A stretch of DNA of 20,000 nucleotides from positions 489,569-509,568 of the forward strand of contig JBDOQK010000021.1 in the NCBI GenBank assembly GCA_040437565.1, written 5' to 3'. Numbering within the stretch: the stretch's first letter is position 1; each line of letters starts with the position of its first letter. A program made the position numbers and the translations under genes. The DNA is from Albugo candida (Eukaryota). Under the pieces are notes generated by a model that saw nothing but the letters and a program-made list of their open reading frames with translations, was not told where the DNA came from and made no database searches. Shown piece by piece: positions 1 through 9,785 of the stretch.

Positions 1-16
1 ACACACAGTCCTTTTA

Positions 17-59
17 GTATAGCCACACTTCCTAACTTTAACGAGAACACCGGTATCGT
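17..59 (+). repeat. Left TIR of MULE element
   Basis: gtatagccacacttcctaactttaacgagaacaccggtatcgt matches the reverse complement of 2371-2413 at 36/43 positions, ungapped (manual count). Confidence 0.85.
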
Positions 60-205
60 TTCACCCCCTAAATGGCCTAAATTGGATGGGAACCCGGTAT
101 CGTTACACCCCATAAAAAATCCCCTAAATTAAATGGGAATCGGTATCGCCACACTCGCTAAATCAAAATCAAATGGAAACCGAGATCGCTACACCCCCTA
201 AATTA
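44..205 (+). repeat. Subterminal tandem repeats, 4 degenerate copies of ~40-46 bp
   Basis: Core CGGTATCG at 51, 95 and 141, and CGAGATCG at 181. Each is followed by an ACACCCC-like tract; CTAAAT and ATGG(G/A)AA recur between copies. Confidence 0.8.
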
Positions 206-738
206 AATTACAGATTTCCTTTGTTAATTTTGGGCTGTGGACATGTGCGCCTGTTGTGACCTTCACGCTTGCAGGCCCACATCTTCGTTTTGGCAGTTTC
301 TGCCCCTCTCTCTTAATGTACTCAAATAAGGGCAGATCTCGTTTGGTTCTCGTTGATCCTTTCAGCCGTCTACGTGAGGCCACTGTGGCAGGATCATTTA
401 CCCCTGGACATGGAAAAGATGCAAGGCGATTGAGATCCTGATCCTGCTCAAGGAGGCGCTGCCTGTGTGGAGGCAAAACCAAATAACGCTCTTGCGACTT
501 TTTTCATAAAGTCCGAAAAAGCTTGTTTTTTCCTAACGAGGCATTGCAGGATGCAGTGTGGGCTGTACAGGCTTGTGAAGCCACCAGTGATCATGAAAAT
601 GAGCTTTATGCAAGGTAACCCCATCTTTTGCAGCTCTTTGATGGCATGAGAGCACGTTAATACTTTGGTTCTGGTGAACGTTCCATTGCACCTATCATTG
701 TTCTCTATTGATGGTGCCTTTTGGTACTGCTTGAAAAA

Positions 739-816
739 CTGCAGAAAACAAATTATGGTAAGTACATACTTTGCCAGTACTGTACACAACTGTATGCATA
801 CACTAGTGTTACATAC
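739..816 (-). other. Spliceosomal intron (78 nt, in frame) in MULE transposase
   Basis: GTATGT donor, TACTTAC branch-like site and TTTTCTGCAG acceptor. Removal deletes VCNTSV...ICFLQ (26 aa) and joins ISQYALNE to FFKQYQKA. Confidence 0.65.
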
Positions 817-1533
817 TTCATTCAATGCATATTGTGAAATCTTTTTATTCACAATTGTCCAGAAGCTCCCATCAACGCGGGCGATAATGTGTGAACGATC
901 GTATGCAACTTTTTGACTTACTCCTTGGCACTGCTTTTGAGCTGGGAGAACCAATTTCTCATAAACTGTTGCCAAATACTCTGTTGAAAATGCAATCCAT
1001 TTCTTCAAGATTGCATGTTTGCCTTCAATGCGAGATGTAGCTGCATGACCAAAATGCTTTATTTTTCTGGTCAAAGCGAGAATGAATTTCTCCTTTTGCA
1101 GAATCCATGTGGATTGTAAATACGCATAGCCAGTCTCATTTGTAGCATCTTTGAGTATCACCCAATTCTCTTAGAATTCCTGGTCAGTGGCAGAGCAGTA
1201 CAATCCGTACCACTTTTTAAAAAAACTGGTTCCAGTCTTCGTCTATTTGCAAAGTGCTTTTTAGCGTTTTCCAGGACATTCTTATCAATATGCCATATGC
1301 AAAGCAGATTCTTCGCTTCAGGTAGAACCCATGATGTTGCAGCCATCAATGCCAATTCTCTGTCAGTGACAATGATAATCGGACCAGTGATTCTATCTTG
1401 GAAACCTATCCTCATTTGCCGAAGTGCCCAAATGTAATCATCTTCTGATTCGTGTCGCAAGAAAACATAGCAAAGGGAATATGACTGGTTTGTGCATGCC
1501 AAACCCATGACATGGAGGAATGGCATTTGAAAC

Positions 1534-1598
1534 CTGGAGATTTTTTTATGCTCTTTGTTGATGTTGGGCACAGATTAATTGGAAAGCATTTTACTCAC
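1534..1598 (-). other. Spliceosomal intron (65 nt) in MULE transposase
   Basis: AG|GTGAGT donor and CTCCAG|G acceptor. Splicing restores the conserved motif TYKTNRFQMP. Confidence 0.85.
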
Positions 1599-2342
1599 CT
1601 GTTGGTTTTGTATGTCGAATATGTTAGAAGAACCTCTACCCGAATCAAATTCATTGTCGGTCGAGATGCAAAGCTTAGGTGCAATTGAGAGGCGCGTTAA
1701 TTGACCTGATGAGGGGTCCCTATCAAGCTCATGCCTAATGACACTTTCCTCTAGTGTGTTCATCAATGCTTTAAGAGGGCTATGACCAAGGAGAAACTCC
1801 GCTTGTTCACGTTTTCGAACATTGTGAATGTCTTTCCCGGTGGCAAGAAAAGAAGGACCAGACCGCTTCATTGTACTCAAAATTAACCGAGGAGGCTTTT
1901 GTGAAGTCCAGAATTTGCTGCCTCTACACCTGGTTCAATATCCTGGTTTTTGGGAATGATGCAAGATTCTCTGCTGCCCCATGATGTGATTTGCAACGAC
2001 CACACTCACACGCCATTCTTGCACAGAATCGAATTCAGTAAGCGCTGAATAGTGACTAGCCATGGCAACGTTAGAAGCCGCCGTGATGTTTGGCGGATCC
2101 TCGTGTCTTAGTTTCTGTGATGATCACCGTGGGCGCAAGCAAGCCACAACTTTCCAGTATTTCCGTACTTGTCGGCGTTTGTGCGGGCTTTCTTTGTGGA
2201 ATAGTCGTCTTGCCAGGCAAAGGTTCGTACTGCCTCTTCTGCAATATCACAGGCCTCAAAGGTGTGTTCGGGGGTTGGCGCATGTGGCATACTGAGGACA
2301 GAGTGTATAAATTAGCGTACTTGTAGCAATTTATGTAGATGT

Positions 2343-2365
2343 ACAGCGATTTTGAAAATCGCTGT
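2343..2365. repeat. Perfect 11-bp inverted repeat with 1-nt spacer
   Basis: acagcgatttt-g-aaaatcgctgt, lying just inside the right TIR and upstream of the transposase start. Confidence 0.9.
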
Positions 2366-2370
2366 GTGTG

Positions 2371-2413
2371 ACGATACCAGTGTTCTCATTTAAGTTCGGG
2401 TATGTGGCTATAC
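2371..2413 (-). repeat. Right TIR of MULE element
   Basis: Reverse complement gtatagccacatacccgaacttaaatgagaacactggtatcgt matches 17-59. Confidence 0.85.
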
Positions 2414-2893
2414 CGAATCCCTTCTTTTCTGAACTTTATGATATTGCAAGTATCCAAACCATGAATTTTTACCAAGTGCATTGAATAGAAGTTGCTAAGG
2501 AGACACAATTTTTTCTTAATTCTATAAAAATCAGCTTGTGGGTTCTATAGTAGCTCATATCGCATATCGTCTGGTGTAATTCTACATATTGAAAAATACA
2601 ACGTTTGGCGCCGTTTAGATCGCGGGAACAAGCATACATGCCCTTTACCGAGTCTGTAGTAGGAGACGGAAGTGATCATTCAGAGTTATCTAATCAATAA
2701 GGAAATAGGAAAATTTCCCTTGTATACAAACTCAACCCCTTATCTTTTGAGTATTCTTCTTCATGATTATCATGTCCGTTGTAGCTGCCTTTTTTGTTTG
2801 ATGTGACAATGAGAAATCTCTTCTCACGAGGAGGATAAACGCTAAAATGGCCGGGATGTAATACAAAACTGGATCTAGTACATGTTTGGCGCG

Positions 2894-3236
2894 CTATGAA
2901 CGCTCTCTGATTTGTAGAACAAACTCGTAAGGAACGAGAAAAATTTTGTCACCGCCGTCATTTCCATGACATTTTTCCAGAGCCTTTTTGTAAGGTACTT
3001 TCTGAATCGCTGTTGTCCTTATCACGAAAGCTTGCTTTCTTTCGTGATGTTCCTCGACATTTTTCACAATCTTGAAGGATAAGCGATTTAAATGGTAGCA
3101 AAAAAAGGATTCGTGCCGCATCATTCATTACAAATCACACCATTATGTAGCGGATTATATTACTATCGCGAATGTGATATAGAGACGGTGTATTTGCAGT
3201 GAGCAGTCAAGAATATGCCAAAGATTATTATTTCAT
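2894..3236 (-). pseudogene. Possible decayed secreted Cys-motif (CCG-like) gene
   Basis: Hydrophobic IIFGIFLTAHC next to an ATG, then CNE[C]MRHES if one base is restored, then KALEKCHGNDGGDKIFLVP. The model needs two frameshift repairs and contains stops. Confidence 0.3.
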
Positions 3237-3682
3237 ATAACCAAAGAAAGTGAATTATCCAATAGGGATATCATACATCATAAATGCAATCATCTCACCG
3301 CAATCGCCTGGCGGCATTGTAAGATTTTTCACGACTGTAGTCGATAGACATCATCCACAATCCATGAACGTCGCACATGTTAAATCGATTTAAAGTTGTC
3401 GAAATAGGAAACCCATTTATCCAATCAAATTTGTACAATCTAGAAGCAGAGAAAGGTGCCGATTTCGGAATTACAGAAGCACTATGGGAAAATTCTGATT
3501 TTCATAAGTTTAAACGCACTCTATCTATGACGGAGATGACTCTTCCGTTATGAAGGAGACAATATAAGTCTCAATAAAATATTTGAATATGCTGAGGCGC
3601 TTATCCAATTATCAAGCTGTGGAGATCACATACACCAAGCATCATCAGTGGTATATTTATAGTACAAGGACCACAATTTTGT

Positions 3683-3879
3683 TGTTGGAAATCGCATCTA
3701 CTGAATATAGAGACGGTAAGTGAAACGATCTTCAATTGTGAAAGATCGTGATCTAGGAAAATGTAGTAGAAATTGAAAGGTCGGAGAGAAACGAAATAGA
3801 AAATAGTTCATCATGGGAGTTCCGAATATACCCTTTAACAACCATTCTTCAAGTGCCACCTTTTATGCGATTTTCAACA
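3683..3879 (+). repeat. 5' LTR of Copia element (~197 bp)
   Basis: Begins TGTTGGAAA and ends TTTTCAACA (8/9 inverted match), immediately followed by a PBS-like sequence. No second copy is available to confirm the start. Confidence 0.65.
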
Positions 3880-3892
3880 GGTTTATGAGCCC
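3880..3892 (+). promoter_or_regulatory. Primer-binding site (copia GGTTATGGGCCC type)
   Basis: GGTTTATGAGCCC directly after CAACA and just before gag. Confidence 0.7.
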
Positions 3893-3940
3893 GACTACCA
3901 ACTTTCAAAACAAGTGAAAATGAAAAGCACCGACACGGCA

Positions 3941-4420
3941 ATTTCGCTGAGATCGTATCGATGTACGAGGTCAAGACAAATCCTGTCATAGCTGCGCAGA
4001 AGATGTACCGCTTGCACGAAGAGCTACACTGGACTAACAAGCATGTAAAAGGAAACATTCGGAGCTATCTTTAAGAACTTTTCGATATTAAGACGAAACT
4101 TGCAGCTTAGGATCCCTTGTAAATGACTTGCAGGTGATGGATCGCATGTTACTAAGTCTATCGGCACATTATTGCTGTGTAACGTGTTAAAACAATCCCG
4201 AACATGACAAACTATACACCTGAATTGCTTTGAAGCATGATCATTACCGCATTAACAAGAAGGGATGAAGGGGAAATCATACTCAGTAACAAGCAAGCAA
4301 AAAAAGGCCATTATACGCAAGGCGAAACTCAGAAAGACAAATAATCGTTGACCATGCTGACAGCAAACCAGTAGCTTGAGTTTGCTAGCATTGCGGTAAA
4401 AATCATTTTAACGTGATTGA
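3941..4420 (+). pseudogene. Copia gag remnant with CCHC zinc knuckle
   Basis: YEVKTNPVIAAQKMYRLHEEL...ELFDIKTKLAA/GSLVNDLQVMDRMLLSL...YTPELL, and a knuckle relic C*HCGKNHF/RD* at 4383-4420. Confidence 0.75.
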
Positions 4421-4536
4421 TCGAGGAACAAGAAACGCAGAATAAAATCAAGCCGTTCCGATGTACAAACGTTAGCTACACATGAAGTCAAAGAAAATCC
4501 AGATAATGATCAGAAAATGCTCAAAAGCGCGAATTT

Positions 4537-4860
4537 GTGATGGAAGAAGTTGAAAAGCGTGTAATTAAAGGTGATAAACCTTTCCAGCGGTACGTTGAAT
4601 CGTGGTGGAATGTACATATCACAGCGTGCAAGGAATATTTTACGACACTACTGAATATGAATGATAGCGAGCGGAACCCAAGCATTCTAGGCTGTTCTGA
4701 TGCTGTTGCCGCTTTAGCAGAAGAACTTGAAACTATACTTATATCTGCCATGATTGACGAAAAGACGGTGATTCTGCTTGTAAAGACACATTATATATCC
4801 CAACAGCTGGCTGCAAATAATTCTCTCCTGCTTGAGCAATTGAACGAGAATTCCGATTGA
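4537..4860 (+). pseudogene. Copia protease region remnant
   Basis: YVESWWNVHITACKEYFTTL resembles a degenerate DSG-x-x-x-H...F protease motif, and it lies between gag and integrase. Confidence 0.55.
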
Positions 4861-5079
4861 CATGGAATAACTAAACTCGTTTATTTGAAATGGTAAAAGA
4901 TGTTTCAAGTGCATTCCGAACACAATCCGAAAATCATTTATGGACCTATACTGCTCGTGATGTTGGCAGTGGAGCAAACAAGAAAGATCGACTGAAGGTC
5001 AATAAGCAAAAAAGAAGCAACTTTTCTAAAATTTCGCTATTCAGATTGTGTGGAAGAAAATCACGTCTACGCCGAAAAA

Positions 5080-5940
5080 CGTAGCCATATTTGCTTTGAA
5101 TATATGAAGCTGATGGTTGAGCGCGGGATGCCTAAGAGCATCATGACCAATCACCGGGAATTGGTTGTGAAGATCGTGACCTTGGTAAGCAACAAAGAAA
5201 ACCGGTTTGAAAAGCTCTTTGATAGGGTATTGTAGAGGGTGAATGACCCTGGAGTAAACAATGGCTAACCATATTCCGCTGTTCGCGTGGTCATGGACGG
5301 ATATAAAAGCTACGTGAAGGTTTTCATGTTGAAATTTAAGATCGAAGTAGAAGTGACTGAGCACTTGAAAAGTGCTATCAAGTGGGCAATGCTACAACAT
5401 GCCCATGAAGGCGATCAATCAAACCGTCATACCAATGTTGATAATGTACAACTGGGAAACTTGGTGCGACAAGTCTTGACCGATGTGGAACAATGATTTT
5501 GCAATAGAACAGTGGATACATGGTATAATAAAACTGGCATCGTGACATCAAGGTTGGGACAAACGCGTCTCAGCTCAACCCCGTAGACGTAACACAGCAG
5601 AAATTGATCGCAATGATGAAGATGATGTAACATCAATCTGGGCCTCGAAATAATCTTAGGTGCATGCATTAGAGAATGGTATTAATATCAAGATTCGTGT
5701 ATATTGCAAAGGTGCAGCGTTTACACCATACCAGGAACTCTTTAGCTTTAAGCCAGACACCATCAACTCTGAGAATTTGGGATTCTTCGTTACTATCATG
5801 TTCCAGTCTCAAAAAAAAAGATGAATGAGCCCGAACTGCAGAATTGGATTCTTGTTGGCCTACTTCGTGACGTTGTTGGTTGCAAGGTGAACTTCCCCTT
5901 CGAACATAAGAAAAAAATAGTTTTCAGATGTTGAATTGAA
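5080..5940 (+). pseudogene. Copia GAG-pre-integrase and integrase remnant
   Basis: HICFEYMKLMVERGM; CEDRDLGKQQRKP; VVMDGYKSYV; VRQVLTDVEQ*FCN...WYNKTGIV; KVGTNASQLNPV; HALEN...RVYCKGAAFTPYQELFSFKPD; NCRIGFLL; VVGCKVNFP. Frameshifted. Confidence 0.82.
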
Positions 5941-6007
5941 TAAATCAATCAAGTAAAAGAGCCTTCATAAATTAAAATATGCAATGAAGTATAAATATGG
6001 TTACGAC

Positions 6008-7305
6008 ATTCGATGAATTCATCGAATAGGGAGAGCTGGAAGAACTTACTGAGGAAAGCCGACAAACATTCCAAACTGGCCGACTGAGCTTACGATGCGC
6101 ATCATGTGCGTAGCAATGTTTCATCGGGATACTGCGACGATATGGACTTGCAATCAAGAAACGTTGCAAGGGGATAGTACTTAGCAAAGATCAATCGGTA
6201 GAAACACCAACTGATGACTTAATAGCGGAGAAAAACTTGTGTGGAAAGACATACTGAGCAACAGTGCCGTACCTGTATACAGTGACCTTAACGGACCCAG
6301 AGAACCAAAATTGGTGAGTGGGGTCAAGTTCCAAACGAATAACTTGATCGCACAGATGCGACAAGTCTCCCTGCAAATAATGAACCAGCTAAAAAGGATA
6401 CCTAAGATGACTAAAGCTCAAATTCGATCCAGACAAACCAAATTTTTGACAATGATATTGCTAGTAGTGGAACGGACAGTGATCTCGAGGATTGGAATTT
6501 CGAGCCAGCCGTGCACGTCACAGATATGGCTACACTAGACGAGATAATAGACAACCTTCGTGACGGTGAACAAAAATACGGAACGGAAGCGCACCAAATA
6601 GTTGTGNNNNNNNNNNNNNNNNNNNNNNNNNNNNNNNNNNNNNNNNNNNNNNNNNNNNNNNNNNNNNNNNNNNNNNNNNNNNNNNNNNNNNNNNNNNNNN
6701 NNNNNNATTCGATGAATTCATCGAATAGGGAGAGCTGGAAGAACTTACTGAGGAAAGCCGACAAACATTCCAAACTGGCCGACTGAGCTTACGATGCGCA
6801 TCATGTGCGTAGCAATGTTTCATCGGGATACTGCGACGATATGGACTTGCAATCAAGAAACGTTGCAAGGGGATAGTACTTAGCAAAGATCAATCGGTAG
6901 AAACACCAACTGATGACTTAATAGCGGAGAAAAACTTGTGTGGAAAGACATACTGAGCAACAGTGCCGTACCTGTATACAGTGACCTTAACGGACCCAGA
7001 GAACCAAAATTGGTGAGTGGGGTCAAGTTCCAAACGAATAACTTGATCGCACAGATGCGACAAGTCTCCCTGCAAATAATGAACCAGCTAAAAAGGATAC
7101 CTAAGATGACTAAAGCTCAAATTCGATCCAGACAAACCAAATTTTTGACAATGATATTGCTAGTAGTGGAACGGACAGTGATCTCGAGGATTGGAATTTC
7201 GAGCCAGCCGTGCACGTCACAGATATGGCTACACTAGAAGAGATAATAGACAACCTTCGTGACGGTGAACAAAAATACGGAACGGAAGCGCACCAAATAG
7301 TTGTG
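6008..7305 (+). repeat. 599-bp direct duplication flanking a 100-N gap (probable assembly overlap)
   Basis: 6008-6606 repeats at 6707-7305 (offset 699). Both copies abut the gap exactly; one difference noticed (C6540 vs A7239). Confidence 0.9.
6607..6706. other. Assembly gap (100 N)
   Basis: Run of Ns. Confidence 1.
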
Positions 7306-7409
7306 AATCTACTCAAGCTGCTAGATTGCAACAATCACTGCCAGCGAGAATTTAGTACAAAGTGTACTGATAGAGTTAGAGCATTACAAATTGTATTCAG
7401 CATTCAACA

Positions 7410-8385
7410 TCACTCATGGATAGTCGTGGGAAGCCTGGATTGCACGAAAGAGACATCTAAATTCTTAAGAATTATTGCCAAGCTATGCGATCACCACATG
7501 TAAAATTGTGGAGCAATGCAATGGATCCCGAGTTGGCTTCTTTGAGAAAAAAGAGTACGAAAAGTATTTTGCGGTCAGATATACTGGTGGGAAACTACCT
7601 ATCAAAACAATGTGAGTCTTGGATCTGAGCATAGATCTGTTTTTGGTACGTGGTGTGGTTCAAGTAACGAGTTGGTGACAAGCAGAGAGCTGTAACCGAT
7701 TATAAGAATACTTTATCTACCGTGGCAAGCATGGCCAAATTAAAATGTGTATTGGGGTAAGCATCTTACAACATCTCACACTCTATCAGTACGACATCAG
7801 GAATGCCTTTTCCAATGCTTCTCTATGCATCAAGCAATTTCTGGAGGATGACGAAAACTATCCTTGGAAAAACAAAGGAATGAGCAACGTCATTGACAAA
7901 CTACTATATGAAAAAAAAGGTTTCATTAAGAAGAAAGTGGAACACCGAACTGAATCACTGCTATATTGACTGTACTATGGCTAGCACGGTCTACGCGCTT
8001 CGAAATCTCTTATGCGGTACACTAAGCAAGTCACTGGTTGCATGCACCCCTACAAGTGAGTGCCAGCTGGTTGGGCGGTTCGCAAAGTACCCAAAAGCGT
8101 TAAGCTTCCGCTTATGCAAAAGGAAAATGTAGAAATTGCTGCTTTCGAACTTACAAGCAAAAGCGACGCTGCCTTTGAAGGTGGCAAAGGTGACCGCAAA
8201 TTGATCAGCGGGGTGATACATTGGGTGAATGGTGTGAAATTTACTTGCCATAAGCAAACAGCGGTAGATCTATCCACCGTGGAAGCTGATTCCGCGTCGG
8301 CTTCAAACGCGGGACAAGAATTATTGGGATGCATGAACTGCTCATTGAATTGGCCTTCCGGGTAGTATTGCCAATTACGATGGAG
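7410..8385 (+). pseudogene. Copia reverse transcriptase and RNase H remnant, RT centre deleted
   Basis: KNYCQAMRSP...WSNAMDPELASL; IKTM*VLDL; DYKNTLSTVA; YQYDIRNAFSNASL; LWLARSTRFEISYAVH; SDAAFEGGKGDRKLISG; KQTAVDLSTVEA. No YVDD motif seen. Confidence 0.88.
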
Positions 8386-8858
8386 ATTTGTTTTTACTTT
8401 GTGTCGAAAATCAGCTAGTGTATAGAGAAACCTATCAAGTTCAACATATTGAAGGTCCGATGGATACGACTGACAAAAATGAGACCAAGTAAAAGAAAGG
8501 ACGAATCGAAATGATATCGTCTATCATTTTCCCCACGCTCTATAAAAACTACGCATACGCTCGTGTGAAGAATCGAAGCGTATTGATCAATCACCTTCAT
8601 TCTAGCTCACGGTTCTTCCTACCAGCAAAATTGTAGCATTAAAAAACGAGAGGGCTGAGGCGTTTTATATAGACATCTCAATTACCATCCAGACATCACT
8701 CTTAATATTATCACCACTTGCGTAAAGCTCTTCGGTGGTATCGGGTAGAAGCATCGAGCCCGTACCGGGTTGTTGATACGAACGGTTTAAAGTCGCATAT
8801 TTGACAACGGACGAATAACGGTGACTCGTGCTATCTGTGGTCAGAATTGTGTTTGGTG

Positions 8859-9785
8859 TGTTGGCAACCAAGGTCTGCACGAGTGTTAACACCAGAGAAG
8901 AATGGGGAATAATTGTACTAAATGTACCTAGAAGGATTTCCTGATTACGACCCTTCGCAGTATATCAGTTTCCTCCTGTGACTCCCTCGAAGTTGATTTG
9001 GTTCCTTCTTGCCAATCTTCACGGTCGCTAGAGTCACTGTCTCTTCACGGCGGTGATTACTGTGCACTCGATGGACATGATCTTCCAATACTCCTTCCCG
9101 GCGCCTAGATGAACATCACTTCAGCCCTATGAGTAAACAAATTCTTGAATCCTTGAAGCTGGTAGCACCTTCGTCAATAACTCGGCGACCATCGTCTTCG
9201 TACATTCATAAGCTGCCTTGATCGTCTCCTTCTTGGCGTAATCAAGTAAGAATTTAAGCTTCGCATTCACATGCTTCGTGTTGGCTGAGCTAGCTTCGAT
9301 TTCGATTTGCTTCACTGCAGCTTCCATTGTCAATCTTGAGTACCACAGGTGTCTTCACTCGTTTCCCGAGCTCTTCGTTAAACTCCTTCAATCCTAGTAC
9401 TTCACGTCCTCCGACGGCCACAGAGACTAAATCCACTTCCGCTGTCGACTGAGCCACAGCAGCTTGCTTCCTGCAGTTCCATCCTATAGTGATTTCATTA
9501 ACAGCTTGCACACCTGAATTCAAAGACTTTCAATCTTCATTTTCAGACGCGGAGTCCGCATCACTGAAGCCGACAATCATGATGGGCGACTGGGGCTCGC
9601 CGTATTCATGCAAATGCAGCTTTAAACCTTTCGCTCCCTTCAAGTACCTTGCAATCTTTTTTGCAAGCTTATAATCCTGCAGTGCTTGTGTGCGACTTTG
9701 TCTACTCGCTCTGTGCACCGCGAACGAAACGTCTGGACGCGTGTAGCGCGATAATCATAGCAAGCTTCCAACGAGTATTGTTACC
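8859..9785 (-). mobile_element. Second Copia element, 3' fragment (RT end, RNase H, PPT, probable 3' LTR)
   Basis: LVGSLL*LSRYTRPDVSFAVH; KKIARYLKG; GFSDAD; WNCRKQAAVAQSTAE; KHVNAKLKF...MVAELLTK. Then a purine tract and TATTGG at 9090. The LTR would end at TTAACA (8884) or CCAACA (8859). Confidence 0.88.
9091..9099 (-). promoter_or_regulatory. Polypurine tract of second Copia element
   Basis: GGGAAGGAG ~30 nt after the RNase H stop, directly before TATTGG (read as a mutated TGTTGG LTR start). Confidence 0.6.

Larger units (their letters stand above)
198..2290 (-). pseudogene. MULE transposase pseudogene (FAR1-like N-terminus, DDE core, SWIM-like region)
   Basis: Fragments in order: AVRTFA...KLWLACAHG (FAR1-like); TYKTNRFQMPFL after splicing; IIVTDRELALM and LLCIWHIDKNV (MULE core); HFGHAATSRIEGKHAILK; CNGTFTRTKVLTCSHAI (SWIM-like); TKRDLPLFEYI. 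Several frameshifts and stops. Confidence 0.9.
17..2413 (-). mobile_element. Mutator-like (MULE) DNA transposon, degenerate
   Basis: Terminal inverted repeats (17-59 vs 2371-2413) enclose a fragmented FAR1/MULE transposase. No target-site duplication found. Confidence 0.88.
3683..8385 (+). mobile_element. Ty1/Copia LTR retrotransposon, nearly full length, degenerate, 3' end missing
   Basis: LTR, PBS, gag, protease, integrase, RT and RNase H are all on + in Copia order (integrase before RT). Confidence 0.9.

Noticed and set aside
44..205. CRISPR-like periodic repeats
   Set aside because: Intervening sequences resemble each other, the repeats are degenerate, they continue a transposon TIR, the context is eukaryotic and no cas genes are present.
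3177..3717. 13-bp direct match atatagagacggt at 3177 and 3705, plus a loosely similar stretch near 2660
   Set aside because: Too short and without extension, so a second LTR copy cannot be supported.
5972..7334. Tandem duplicated small genes (99-aa and 61-aa ORF pairs)
   Set aside because: They arise from the gap-flanking duplication of Copia linker DNA.
4480..7400. Captured host gene inside the Copia element
   Set aside because: Frameshift-aware reading shows protease, pre-integrase, integrase and a low-complexity linker, which is ordinary Copia pol.
8415..8892. Two short minus-strand ORFs between the Copia remnants
   Set aside because: Different frames and no recognisable motif; left unassigned.
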